Part shown: one piece after another, positions 12,401 through 24,927 of the stretch
Position numbering within the stretch: position 1 is the first letter of the stretch
How the letters are laid out: the number at the start of each line of letters is the position of its first letter
Assembly: GCF_000181795.1 (NCBI RefSeq)
Contig: NW_003526945.1
Span: 5,185,094 to 5,249,093 of the forward strand
Length of the DNA: 64,000 nt
Source: Trichinella spiralis
Taxonomy: Eukaryota
Direction of reading: 5' to 3'
Made by a program: the position numbers and the translations under genes
Notes under the pieces: generated by a model
What the model saw: only the letters and a program-made list of their open reading frames with translations
Databases searched by the model: none
Told to the model about the DNA's origin: nothing

Positions 12401-15400
12401 CTTGGAAAAGTTTATGCTTCATAATCGTTAAATTGAAAAGAATTAATTTAAATGGAAAATACCTTTTTCAACGGAGGTGTTACTGTCGGACATTTGACAG
12501 ACGGGGCAACATTCGCCAGGTTGTTTCACGGGATCTGCGCAGTCAGCCTGCGGGCATAAAATCGGATCACATTTGATATTGCCACGCTAAAAATGTGATA
12601 ATAATAAATTGTAGAAAGCAGTTTTTACACTTTTAAAACAATGTACCTGGCAACTGCATGTTGTGCATTCTTCATGCAACGCAGGCCAACTACTGCCGTC
12701 GTTGTAAGTAACCTCGTGGTATATGCAGTCGTTTGTTCTCATAAGCATGTTAACCGCCTGGTCTTCGGCGACAAAACTATCACGCTGCAAACGACGAGGC
12801 TTGCAGTTGTTTTCTATAGATATATTGCCTGCAATTTCGCCGGTTGGATGTGAAAGAGTTGAAACGTTCAAATAAAGCTGCTCATCCGCCAAAGCGTTCA
12901 GAACAGCCAAAGGAGCCAATGGTACATGACCGTACAAATATATTTCTTTCAAATCAGTGTTAAAACTTTTGATATTTTTCAGTTCCAACAAACATTTTTC
13001 ATTCACTCGATTGCACAAATTCATCGTAATTTCTTCTGACTTTAGTGCTGGCAAGCTTGACAATGTCACAGCATAGTACAAAAGACAAGTCTCTTCCACG
13101 TCCACTGTTGCAAACCAAGCAATTCCAGCAGCTGATGTATTGACACGTTTTTTAAATCTATTTCCAGCCAAAAGTGTCGGGAGATCTGAATATTATGAAC
13201 AATTATTTTTATAGCACGTGCATGTGTGCAAATTTGATGATTTTAAAGCAACATACTGTTGGTCAGTGTGACAGCATCATTATGCAGAACTCTTCTGATT
13301 GGACCACGAAGCAGAGAATTGCCATCCTCATCGGCCATTTCAAACATTAACTTCTCCCGGAAAAGAAGTTGCAAATTTCGCACGTTCAAGAAGTGGGTGA
13401 GAGTTCCAAATGTCTTCAATGTGTTAATATTTGATTTTGTGCAATAAGCTTTGCAAAGCACAAGAAAATAATATCACAGTAAAAGCACAAGCTTCATAAA
13501 AAAAATGTAAATTAGCATAAAAGTACAGCAGTAAGCATACCAATCCATTGAGAAATTCTTTAGGACTGGAAGATTCGGCAATTACACGCTTACGATTCTG
13601 GCGAGTCTCTCGTTCAATAGTAAACCCATACAATTGTTCTTCTTTAAAATCTGCCACTTTTACCTAAATGTTACATTAATAAGTACTTTTTTGTTGCAAT
13701 ATTTACTCAGTTTGTTGCCTGACGTCAGCATTTTGTTAATTCTTAGGTAACTAACTACCTTTTTACAAAAAAAGAAGAAAACTTACCACGGAGCGTTCAT
13801 GACGATATCTTGTATTTTAGCATATATTACCAAATAACAAGATGTGCAAATTAATTATTTTATAGAATAAATTATTTGAATAATTTTCAAAGCTACATTT
13901 CTACTTACTTTATATTTTGCCGCACTGTCTTTCAAAATCTCAATAATTGCGTATCCTGCCGTTCCGTTTGGCTCCTGAGTTGTCATGTTAAAATTTTCTG
14001 AGAGAACAGCTTGATATACTAAAATGGATTAATAAAATTTGAAAATTTTGAACGCTAAATTAAATAAACTCATATAATTATTAATGATATTTTTTAATGC
14101 GTTGATTCTGCATTGTTTAAACTCAATTTCAAACGATATTTCAAATTATGTAAGTTAGTTACAGCATACGCTGTATAAATTATTTGCATTTTAATTTAAA
14201 ATTTAAATAATTCAGTTTTTTTGTCTTATTTGCTATTTATTCAGCGTTAAACGAATCATTCAATGTGAAATTTGCATGAAACAATTGGTGAACATGAACA
14301 AATGCATCCTAACAACAGAATAAAATAATGTGCAAAAAATAAAGTTTAAAAAGCATACCATCACATGACTGTTTGGGCATAAAGAGTCCAACGAAGTGCT
14401 TCGGGAAAAGCTGTTCACCAGCGAGAGTCATCAGTAAATGACCACGAGATAACCATCGTTGTTCAACTGCATTCAAATGAATGCTGACTTCAAACATAAA
14501 TGAGCTATTCTACAAAATACAAATGTAAATGATTTGACAAATTAGTCATAAAAAATTTTTACATTGTAGAAATTGAAAAACAAAAAAGAACATAAAGTAA
14601 GTAATGAATGAAAATGAATGCGTTCAACATACACTTTCAGTCTGTAAATTTTTAAAATTACAAAAAATTTTCGCAAAATGTTGCTCTATACAGGAAGGTA
14701 TTTTGCTGCATTTCAGAATAAAAATTCAGATTTGAGAAATCAAATTCAAATAAACAACATTTTATCAAATACTTATTTATTATGCATACTATTGTCAACA
14801 TTAATTTATATAGATACTTTTTTAGTTGAAAATTGACAAGCCGTGCTTACTTTGAGATGTGTTAATCTTCCCCTGATTGTTTTTGAAGTTCGATGTCGAC
14901 CATCATTCTTTTCTAATGAAATGAAGATAACATTGGGCACCACTGAAAACAAAAAAAAGTAACAATAATTTTCTTTTGTTACAGTCTAAAATTATTATTA
15001 TTTCAGAATATAATTTAATTCATGAAAATTCATAAATAATAAATTTTATAATGTAACAACTAACTAACTACCCTTGCGTTCAACGCTGACATTGGAATTT
15101 AACCAGCCAACAATTGCCAGTTGGTCCCCGTTGCCATGAATGTCCACCACAGCCACTCCTCCATAGCCAGCTTGATAAGATGAAGGAAATAGCAGAACAT
15201 TGTAAACTTCTATAATAAAAAATGTAACAATTCAATATTCAAAGTTGAAAATTGCAACTTCCAGCCACGTTTACCACGACTGAGCATTTTGTGCTTGATT
15301 ATAGGGCCTCCAATTATGCCCTCTGGTCGTCTCTTAGTGGTCAAAACAATTTGCAGTTCGCCTCGTTTTAACGCATGCACATAAATTCTCGGCATTTCCG

Positions 15401-18400
15401 ACCATACAATGCAAACCTTAATTAATGAACAATTAATAATAATGACATTATTATAGTTGTTGTTTTCGTTAATCAATTTTTGCATGTTCAATATTATTAA
15501 CAGCAGAAATTTACTTTTTGCTCTATGTCAGTTTGTTTCAAAAATACTTCATAAAGAATCATACTGTTGACATCCAAAATCTGAACAGTAATTGGAATTT
15601 CTTCTAATCTAAAAAAAGTTAAATAAATATATTTTTCTTTTTAAAAGACGTTGTTTTTCCAATAATTTACATGCATCATACCTTTCAAAATAAACGGACA
15701 CGTGAAGCATATTACGATCTAATGTAATATATGCCCTTCCAACACCCGTACTTCTGGACATTCCACAAGTTGGGCCTGTCATCAGTGCCATGAATTCTAA
15801 TAAACATGTTAATCAATTTTCCATTAAGATATGCTTATATAATAGAATAGAATAGAATCAAATAATATATACCATGATAACCTTGATTCCAATGAAAATC
15901 GTTCGCTTGAGTATATGAACTACCAAATACATCAACTGGAACGACTTCTGGAAAGCGATAAAAAGGTAATTATTTTAATTTCAAATTTTATCAATTAATA
16001 ATAATAATAATAATAATAATATATTTTACCCATCCCAGGGCATGTTTTGCAACATTCGCCGGATAAAGTAATTGGATTCGCGCAAGGTGGCTTTTGACAA
16101 AGATTGACAAATTTTCTGCATGTTACTCGACCAACAATGCGCTTCTTCTTTTGAATCTATCGAACAATTGAAGTTTATAAAATAAAGCAACTATTTTTCC
16201 ATATTTCATTTTTATAATAAACAATATTTTTTAAATAAATAAATATATATATTAAATCATGAAAGTATATTTTGCAAATAAATGCTTGTCAGTAGTGCAT
16301 ATGGACCAGAGGTTCACAAATGATCAAGCGATAAATATTAAATGTTGTTGTTGTTTGGAAAAAATAAATCATGCTTTATCAAATTTGTTTCAATATCTTG
16401 GAAATTCTTCGGTGTTTATAAGTTCACAAGTAAAAGATTAATTTTTGTTAAATGTTATTGGTTAGTAATTGAAAGGAAGATTTATGGTTAGTGCAGTTTG
16501 CAAATGAGAGAATATTAAACGACAACGCCTGCAGTGCGCAACGTTGACAAGAATTTTCCGACAACTACAAACCAGTAAGATCAATTTGAAATATAATCTT
16601 GCCAAAAATGCAAATTTTGGCTATTTTTATCACCAACCGCCATATAATAGATATATATGTTGAAAAACTTGTCAGAAACTCAAAAATAACTTTTCATTCA
16701 AAGAATATGTCATTCGCTGAAAATATGAAAAAAAGAATTTAAAATCTTGGTGTACTTCATTCAAATTTGAATAAATTGAACAATAAAAAAATAAAATATT
16801 TTACAATGCAATACAATACATTATAGATTGGTGTGTTCCACCAATGAGCATTAAATTTTCATTCTTATCGACAGCAAGAAGGGTATTTTTAACATTTCAA
16901 TGATAAATTGTAGCAAAAAATGCACCATGTCCAATAATTATTGCCAGGTGAAATTGTATCAAATGGGAAACGTGATTCATTGAAATTGTATCCTGCTCCA
17001 CCGTGAAAGAGAACAAACCAAGAACAAATTGCTGCCGAGCATATCAACCAGAAGCATCTAGATATAAACGGTACAGTCCACTTCACCCTGCACTGATCAA
17101 CTTGCCAACAATTATCACGGATTGTTGACGATCAGCAAAAGCAAATTGTAATTTTTTATTTTATTTACCAAATGGTGAATAAAATAATTCTTGAAAATCA
17201 CAATACAAAACAAAACTAAAAACTGTATGTTTTGACATACTTATTAATGACAAATGCCATGTGATCAAGCAACACAAAACAGTTGCACACACGTTTAAAT
17301 TTTAAAATCTTAAAAATTTAATAAAAATATACAAATTGAAATTTATTTTGATTTTTTAAAAATGAAAATTCTTCATCAATCATCAACTGTACAGCTGTTG
17401 CTTATTTGTTTTTGTCGAAAGGCTATAAATATACTACAGTATAGTTTACAGAAACTGTTCCTGTAAAATAATAAAGTACAACAACAACATTAACTAGTAC
17501 TGCCAATTATTATCATTAGAAGCAGTGATCATTATTACAGTTTTTATAAAGCAATTCTGAAAATGCAATTCCTTATTTGATTACTCCAATTGCAAGTGAT
17601 CTATTTGTGCAATTATGTAAACTGCAACTCTTGCAAATGAAGAAGAACACAGAAACTGATTTTGAATAAAATTACAAATCGCACACTGGGTGCATTTTCA
17701 TATTTGAAAACTTCAGATTATTTTTCTTTTTTTTTGTTTTTTAATGTTTAAATGTTTCAAATCTTCCGACATTTGCTGCCGTCAATAAGTAATACTGGCG
17801 CTGCTAGTGATGCTGTTCGATTGACGGAGAACAACAACGGTTAATAAAGTTTTAAATTAATGTCATTTTTCAAAGTTAATTCGTCTTTTTGTGACCATTC
17901 GGCTGTGCAAAAATGACTCCGGGCAATGCTAATTAAATCATCATTTGAAGAAAGTGACATTGAATCCGGCTTTGAAAATAAATTGCTTTGAGAACTGGCG
18001 CCGATCAAAAACCCCTGCAGCATATGCAGACCTTAATAGTGCGGCCGTAAAAATGCAAAACAAGTTGCAATTGGCTACGTAAGCAAGCATCTCTGCATGT
18101 GTGTGTGTGTGTGTGTGATTGTGGATAAGAAATGAAAATTTTCAACAATAATAAAAATCCATATGCAAAAAACATCTCACATGTCAATGATAACAGTTTA
18201 GTTAATTTCAAAAGCAATCAAATCTTTCAGTTGCATTTCAAATATTATCATTCAAATAAGAATCGTGTGAAACAGAGTTTGGAATGTTGGAGCAATTTTC
18301 CAACGAAATCCAAGTACTATTCATAAGTTCCTAATAATCCTAAAAGTGAACTTGCCTTTTTATTGCAGCTAGCTACATATGGGGGAAATATTATGAAACA

Positions 18401-19257
18401 AAACAGGGCCAACTTGATAAAAATGGTCATTTCTTCTTTTAATAACAGTAATTAATATTCTTATTATTTTTTGTTTATTTATTTGCTGACAAAAGCCAAG
18501 CCAAAATTTTGGTGAAGTTTGTCAAAGAATGTTCACTTTGAGTGCAATGTTTTGAAACTTGATTACAAGTACAATCAGAAAAAGTATATTTCATTTAGTT
18601 GACTTAAAATTTTTTTAATTAAATAACAAAAAAAATTTAATGTTGTACAACCATGGTTTATGTTCAAGTAACCAATTTAGCAGTGGAAGGAGGAACTTCA
18701 CGAAATTTGTTATTGTAAAATTCAACTGTGCTATTCAAAATTGCTCTGATGCTTGATGTTTTTTTTGTTTCTTATTTTCAATCAAATATTAACAGTGTAA
18801 ATTTAAATATTTTTTTTGTTTTTATAATTCAAATGATAAAAAAGGAAAACATACTGGTATACATTTGCAACGAATGCAAACCATTATCCCGAATGGAGGT
18901 CCAAGATCTGGATTCCATTCTTCGTCCAGCTCGTATTTTTTACCTCCGAAATAGCATCCTAAAGTAAAAGCAGTTTGGAAAAAAAAGAAATGCACAAAAT
19001 TTAAATAAAATTGAAAAAGTTCAATTTCAATTGTTAAAAAATGTACCCAAATTAATGGTGGTGTAATTGGCTTTGCTGAGGAATTTTTGTCGCACATCAA
19101 CATGCTCTTTAAGAGGGAAAAGGCCTATCATCGGCTTGACAATGTCTATTGTATTTTCACCGCCCACGGTGAGGATAACAATGCAATGGAAAAAAGAGTT
19201 GATGAGCAGAAGCGTGACCATGGCCGATGAAATTGCAGAATTGAAATATTGAGCCAT
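9402..19257 (-). CDS. chrd/sog: Chordin / short gastrulation (BMP antagonist), about 930-950 aa: signal peptide, CR1, four CHRD repeats, CR2-CR4
   Basis: Phase-consistent GT-AG exons (minus): 19257-19047, 18958-18855, 16156-16030, 15947-15873, 15796-15682, 15608-15515, 15416-15275, 15209-15072, 14942-14851, 14509-14359, 14018-13909, 13663-13541, 13413-13257, 13185-12647, 12586-12463, 11914-11811, 11758-11471, 10623-10533. Terminal exons 10484-10454 and 9441-9402 are tentative. CR1: [32 protein letters not shown]...[10 protein letters not shown]...CCKTC. CR3: [37 protein letters not shown]-type motifs include [21 protein letters not shown] and TSAAGIAWF. Confidence 0.95.
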
Positions 19258-21251
19258 CACAGTTGCTTTTGCCAACCAAGAGAGGGAAAGAGAGCGACTG
19301 TTGCCAGACCCACAGTTTGCGAGTAGTTTTCAAAAGTCAGCTATTGATGACGGCTTTATTATCAATTGTCGAGCATTTACACCTTCGTCTACGTCAGATG
19401 ATAAGGTAATCAACGGAGAACGTCCACAAAATTTGGAAATTGCAATTTTTTCACTTTTCCAAAAATCCAACAGGCGCAGTCAGCATTTTCCAGTTGTACT
19501 GTTTGAATCGTTTCTGCCGGTGCATTTAAATATGCTCCAGCCGTTACTAGCCGTCGAATTACGTAACACTGCACGCCAAGGTCGCAGCGACATTAGCGGC
19601 CTCTCGATTCTATGGAATTATTTTTCACGCATTTCATTTCGAACTGCTCACGTTGCATAAATCAAATGCCAAATTGTCCACATGACAAAATCATTTCAAT
19701 AATATTATTGAAATTCTTAGCCCTAGTCACCAACATTTTTACAGCAGAAAATGAAATAAATCGCAGTGTAATATCAAAAAAAAATAAAAGAAAGAGTTTG
19801 ATTTGTATTTCTTATTTTCCTTTTTCTAAATTAACAACTCTACATCGCACAGCATGTGCAGCTAGCTCTGCTCCAAGATTAGAAAAGAGTAAAAAAAATT
19901 ATCAAATCAGATTGCTGCTCTTAATCTACAATTATTATTATTATTTTCAATTCTATACATTCTATATGGATATTGTCCAAGAATGTGTTATTATTTAATT
20001 GCTTTTGGGCAAGTTTCCTTTTCACAAATAGAAGAACACTCACTGTAAGCTTGTTGGTGTCCTGGAGAAATGTTTAGCCAAGTTGGGTATCAAATAATCT
20101 TTTTATTAAATAATAAATAAGAAGAAAAGCACGCTTTCGGTGAAGAAAATGAAAATTTTCAATTGTTGACAATGTTTACCAGACAGAAATCCTTGTCTCA
20201 GATAATAATTAATTTAAACATTTCACTTCTTGACGTAAAAATTGATGGGACAAAATTATCAGCTGTGAAAAATTACCCTTCACTAAAAGCTGTTCACATA
20301 TGAAAGATATTTGGATATTATTTTTCAAAATATTAAAAAACAAAATATAGCTATTTACCAAGATAGTTAGAGGATAGAATGTTGTTGGTGTTGTAGTTGT
20401 TGGTGCTGTGTTCCTTCAATGGAATAGGATGCCGCAACGTGTTGGACCAGTGCTTATGGTTGGCAGCAGTGTAGCTTGTGCAAAGGTAAACAATTTTTTG
20501 CAAAAGAAAAAAGCTCAAAAAGGTGCGCGCCATTCGAGTGCAGCTTGCAAATAAATTTCTCAGCCAGAAAAAGGGGCCCCTCGTTGGACGCTGACCAGTG
20601 GTCAAGGTGACAATTGCAAACTTTTGCACAGTGTTCAAGTGTCGGCGCTAATCCACCCACGGTCGATGATTATTCGCATTTTTTTGTACCATTCACGACG
20701 AAACGAGATGCGAGAGAAAAATATAAAGTGGAAACAGTTGCCAGGCAAAAAGAAGTAGCAGGTGTTGGTGCAAATCTGGTCATCGACCTCGTAAGCCACT
20801 GCCCTTTGATTTGTTGTCTTTGATCTCGAATCTTGCTTGGATCGTCAGCTTTTATGGCTTGCTTTCAGTCGTAAAGAGTGGCCATTTTCACACTGGGCAA
20901 AGATTTTTCCCATCCCCTTTGGCAAAATCTATCAATATCAAATGCAACGCAATAATGTATATATATATAATATTATTCGTCGAATTAAAATGCACAATTG
21001 TAGTCTGTTTCACGCACACGCAAGCGTGCCATCGAAAGACATTTTACACGTTCGACCAGATTGATCCGGCTTGTAATAATTGTTCTACCCAACCGTGGCC
21101 GGCGGTTGTCTTTGTTTCGCTAATACAGCAAAGCTTCTTTCTACTCACGCCTGCGCGCAGGTCAGATGCTTTCCAATGAACAGCTGCGGTGCGGTCATGA
21201 CCCGCTGGTGCGCACAATCCAAGGGTCATCTGGCCGGACCATCATCAACAT

Positions 21252-21285
<34 letters not shown>

Positions 21286-24200
21286 GGTCATCCCAAATCT
21301 ACCAGAAAATTTTTCTTGTTTTTCTTTGTATTTTCTTCGTTCAAGTTCGAAAAACACCACACCTTGATTGTGGGGTTCAATATTTCATGCAAATTTTTTT
21401 TCTTAATCATAACCTGAAGATATTGATGTGCAAAATAAACAAATGCGAATATTGAATTTCAAACCTGATACGGAATTGCTGAACTATATAGTTAGTTGAG
21501 ATGAATGTTCAGAGAAAAAAAAAGAAAAACAAATTTGATACGTTCGCCGTGTAATATGAACACTTCAAACTTTGTTTAACATTTTTATGCATGATGAGTT
21601 TCATTGTTTTGCATAATTGTGAATTAAAATTCTCGTAATTCAATATATATATATATATTTCATTAAATAAAAAGATGAAAAAGAAAATAATAAATGATCA
21701 AAAATTATAATATGGTAATAATGCCATGAAAGGAAGGAATAAATTTAATCATGCGCAGCTGCAATGAATTGATGCATAAAAGAAATTGAAATCTGCTGCA
21801 GTTGGAAGTATTATTACAAAAGGCTTGAAAGTCATCATTTTTCTTTTTTGAAACATCAAAATTTATAATATTGTCTGTGTCTGTGTGTATGTCATTAAGT
21901 TCTGTCATTTTCAGTAATTTCAATCAGCAGGCTTTTCCGCTTGATATGAGAGATTGTTCACCGAATTTACTGGTGCAAATAATATGAATAAAATGGCTTG
22001 CAGACTGAGGCGCCGTTTGGGAAATCCTTTGGCCACTATCTGGTTCTGTTCACGTCAGGCTTTCAGGCCTGAAGCAAGTCGTTCTTCTAAACGACCTCCA
22101 CTTTTCCCAACTGGAATAAGAAGTCCCTTTTATTTCTTCTAATATTCACACTATAATTTCCAACAAAAATATCAAGTGCAATTGTTTGAAAATTAATTTC
22201 TACTCCTTTTGCACGTTGTTACATTTTGGGAAAAGAAAACTGATCCAAAATTTCTTCCCCCCCTCACCTCACCCCACCCCTCTCCTTCAGTTCAATTTGT
22301 CCTCACATTGTCCACGATACTGTAACAAACAACAACGAATTGTTCAGAGCTTATGAATAAAATATACAACTTAATCGATGAATTAATGATAGAAACAATA
22401 ATCACAAGGAAAAGAATAGAAAACAACAAAACTAATGCTTTTAAAATTTGCATATTTACAATTACTGTATTCATATTTTTCTACTTGTTCAAAAGGGTAA
22501 TTTATTACGACAGAAATTGTTTTTCTTTATAAAATATAATTCACAAATTGTTGACTTGAAATTCAAATTTTGAAATATTTATTAAAAGATTAAAATATTT
22601 TTTTCAATGATAAATAACAGTAAAATTTATTTATATTTAAAAGGATTTTGATAGAGAAAAACAAATGGAAAATTTTCACCATTCTAAATAATTATTTTAT
22701 GAAATCTTGATAATAAATTTAAAATTTGAATTATCAACTGTGAACTTCATCTCATTCTGGTTTATTATCAATTGCAAACGTGCCAGGCAATTATTCAACA
22801 AGTCTCGTTGAAATTAACATTTCATTTCGACAATTTCGATTGATCAACAAGAATAAGTGATAATAATTAATCAAAGAAAGAAAAAAAAATCTTGATCATC
22901 TATAGCATTATATTATTATTATAATTATGACAGCAGTTTTGAAATTGAATCTGCTTTTTCTTCTTTAATTAATACTTTGCGCAAATGTTGATAAAAATTG
23001 CAAATGACTTGAACAGTCGACCGTTATCTGATATTAATGATGTTGAATTTGAAAAATAATCTGAAAAACAAAGTACTACCAAATATAACGCCATTTCCAT
23101 CTCGCAATAAAGTATGCAAAAGTATGTTATCTGTTGATTTGGACAAAGTATAATCTTCACGGGTATGTGAGAGTTGTTTTATCGATGACACTGTAAAAAT
23201 GCTTTGACTGAATATGACTGCTTTTCTTATTAGAGCATGTCTGTTATTTGATTTTGATTAAGATTTGGAAAGATCACCTTTAGACTAGAATAAATATTTC
23301 CATAATTAATAAAACAACCATATCGTCTGTTGGAATAGATTTATTAAAATAGGCACGTAGTGTGATCAATAATATTTGAATCGAAATTTGAGAAATTAAG
23401 CGAGAAAAGATAAAAAAGATTAAAGTGAAATTGTTGCCCTTTTTGATGAAGATTGATGTATTATACGATTAATGCACAAGTACAATGAAAAGTTCAATTT
23501 GTGAAATGTCACAAATTTGTAGAATTTCCTTTTTCAACGAAAATATCCCAATCCTGTAAAACAGCAGGTAATCTTGAAAAAGTAATCAATTTATTCCAAA
23601 TAATCATGCATGAATTAATCATACAATTCTACGCATTTAGCAGTCTGCAATGAAAATAGTTGCATTGCATTTTGTAGTGTAAATTTTATTCCGTTTTTAA
23701 TTTTTCAAAAAAATCATCATAAAGAAAACACTACAGTAATCCTGTACAAAAGACAAACAGTAAAAAATACCTGCAACAGGAACAATAAGAGAATGGGTCG
23801 AGTGTGGAGGTGAATCGTGGAAAAGTGCGCACTTGTGGTGGTCGAGTTGGTCGAAAATGAAAGTGGGCGCGGCGGATTGGAATGCAACAAATTTTTGCAT
23901 AAAAATCGCTCAAGGTGAAGGTGTGGCTCAATGGGTTGAAGAAAATGAAAGTTGTTTCACTTGACGCCTTTTCTTCAATTGAGATTTGCAATTCTTGTTT
24001 GTTTTTTTCAAACTCTCTCTTCCCTCTTGTTTAATACCCTGTACTTTTGAAATTTCATAATGGCTAATCATAAAAATGAGCAAAAAATTAAAAATTGAAT
24101 GTTGTTTTAAAAAATATTTACTTAAATATGAAATCATGATTCATTAATCTGATAGCATTTATTAAAAATCTGAAAAATTCCTTTTCCTTTATAAAATTAT

Positions 24201-24894
24201 AGCAGTGAAAATGGAAATTCTTATTCAATTCCAAATTACCCTCGTTGGCTATTCTATTTGCTATTTTATTTTTCTTTTGTTATACTTTGACTGCAAACTC
24301 CATTTTCTCACTAGGGAAAATGTTGATCAATTTTTTCTACACTATTACGATATATTCATTTTTATACATTTTAAATAAATAATTATTGTACAAAAGATGT
24401 GTGATTTTTTAACTGCGCATTTTATTTCACATTTTAGCTAGTATTGTTTGAATAATTATAATTCAAAATAAGGATACCTTATAGAGGAATAGACTTTTTT
24501 AAAAATTGTAATTCATCTTCTTAAGATGGTCATGTGTATAGTAATATGCAGTTGATAAAAATATTTCGCACTGTTGTTTGCATTGCATTGCAGTAAAAGC
24601 AAGCAAGCAAACGGCAACTAACACCACCATCTGGTAGAGTAATTAATGCTGAAATAATTGGATTAGCATCAGTTGCATGCATTGAATATCAGTGTGCACA
24701 AGTGAAATTTTAATACCTTGCTTCTTCTGAAAGCAATTAAATTTTTTCTTTCGCCTGTAATTGCATTATTGTTTGATTAGCCGGCTACGTTCAAATTTGT
24801 TTGCCAGGCAGATCATTATTTCTGAACACATTGATCAGTAGTTTCGATTTCATTTATTATTAAAAATAATTTTCCACATTTCAAATATTCACGT

Positions 24895-24927
24895 TGATCA
24901 ATCGATCGATCGATCGATCGATCAATC
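24895..24927. repeat. Self-complementary (GATC)n microsatellite
   Basis: tgatcaatcgatcgatcgatcgatcgatcaatc, read directly. Confidence 0.9.

Noticed and set aside
13787..13830. Strong minus-strand GTAAGT donor inside a chordin intron
   Set aside because: The nearest acceptor gives an in-frame TGA, and the flanking exons join cleanly (AKYK|VKVADF).
16889..17086. 65-aa hydrophobic ORF nested in chordin intron 2
   Set aside because: Non-ATG start, no convincing family match, no supporting exons.
17779..17828. Plus-strand hairpin containing TAATACTG (miR-8/200 seed)
   Set aside because: Three-nucleotide loop, seed on the wrong arm and no family similarity beyond the seed.
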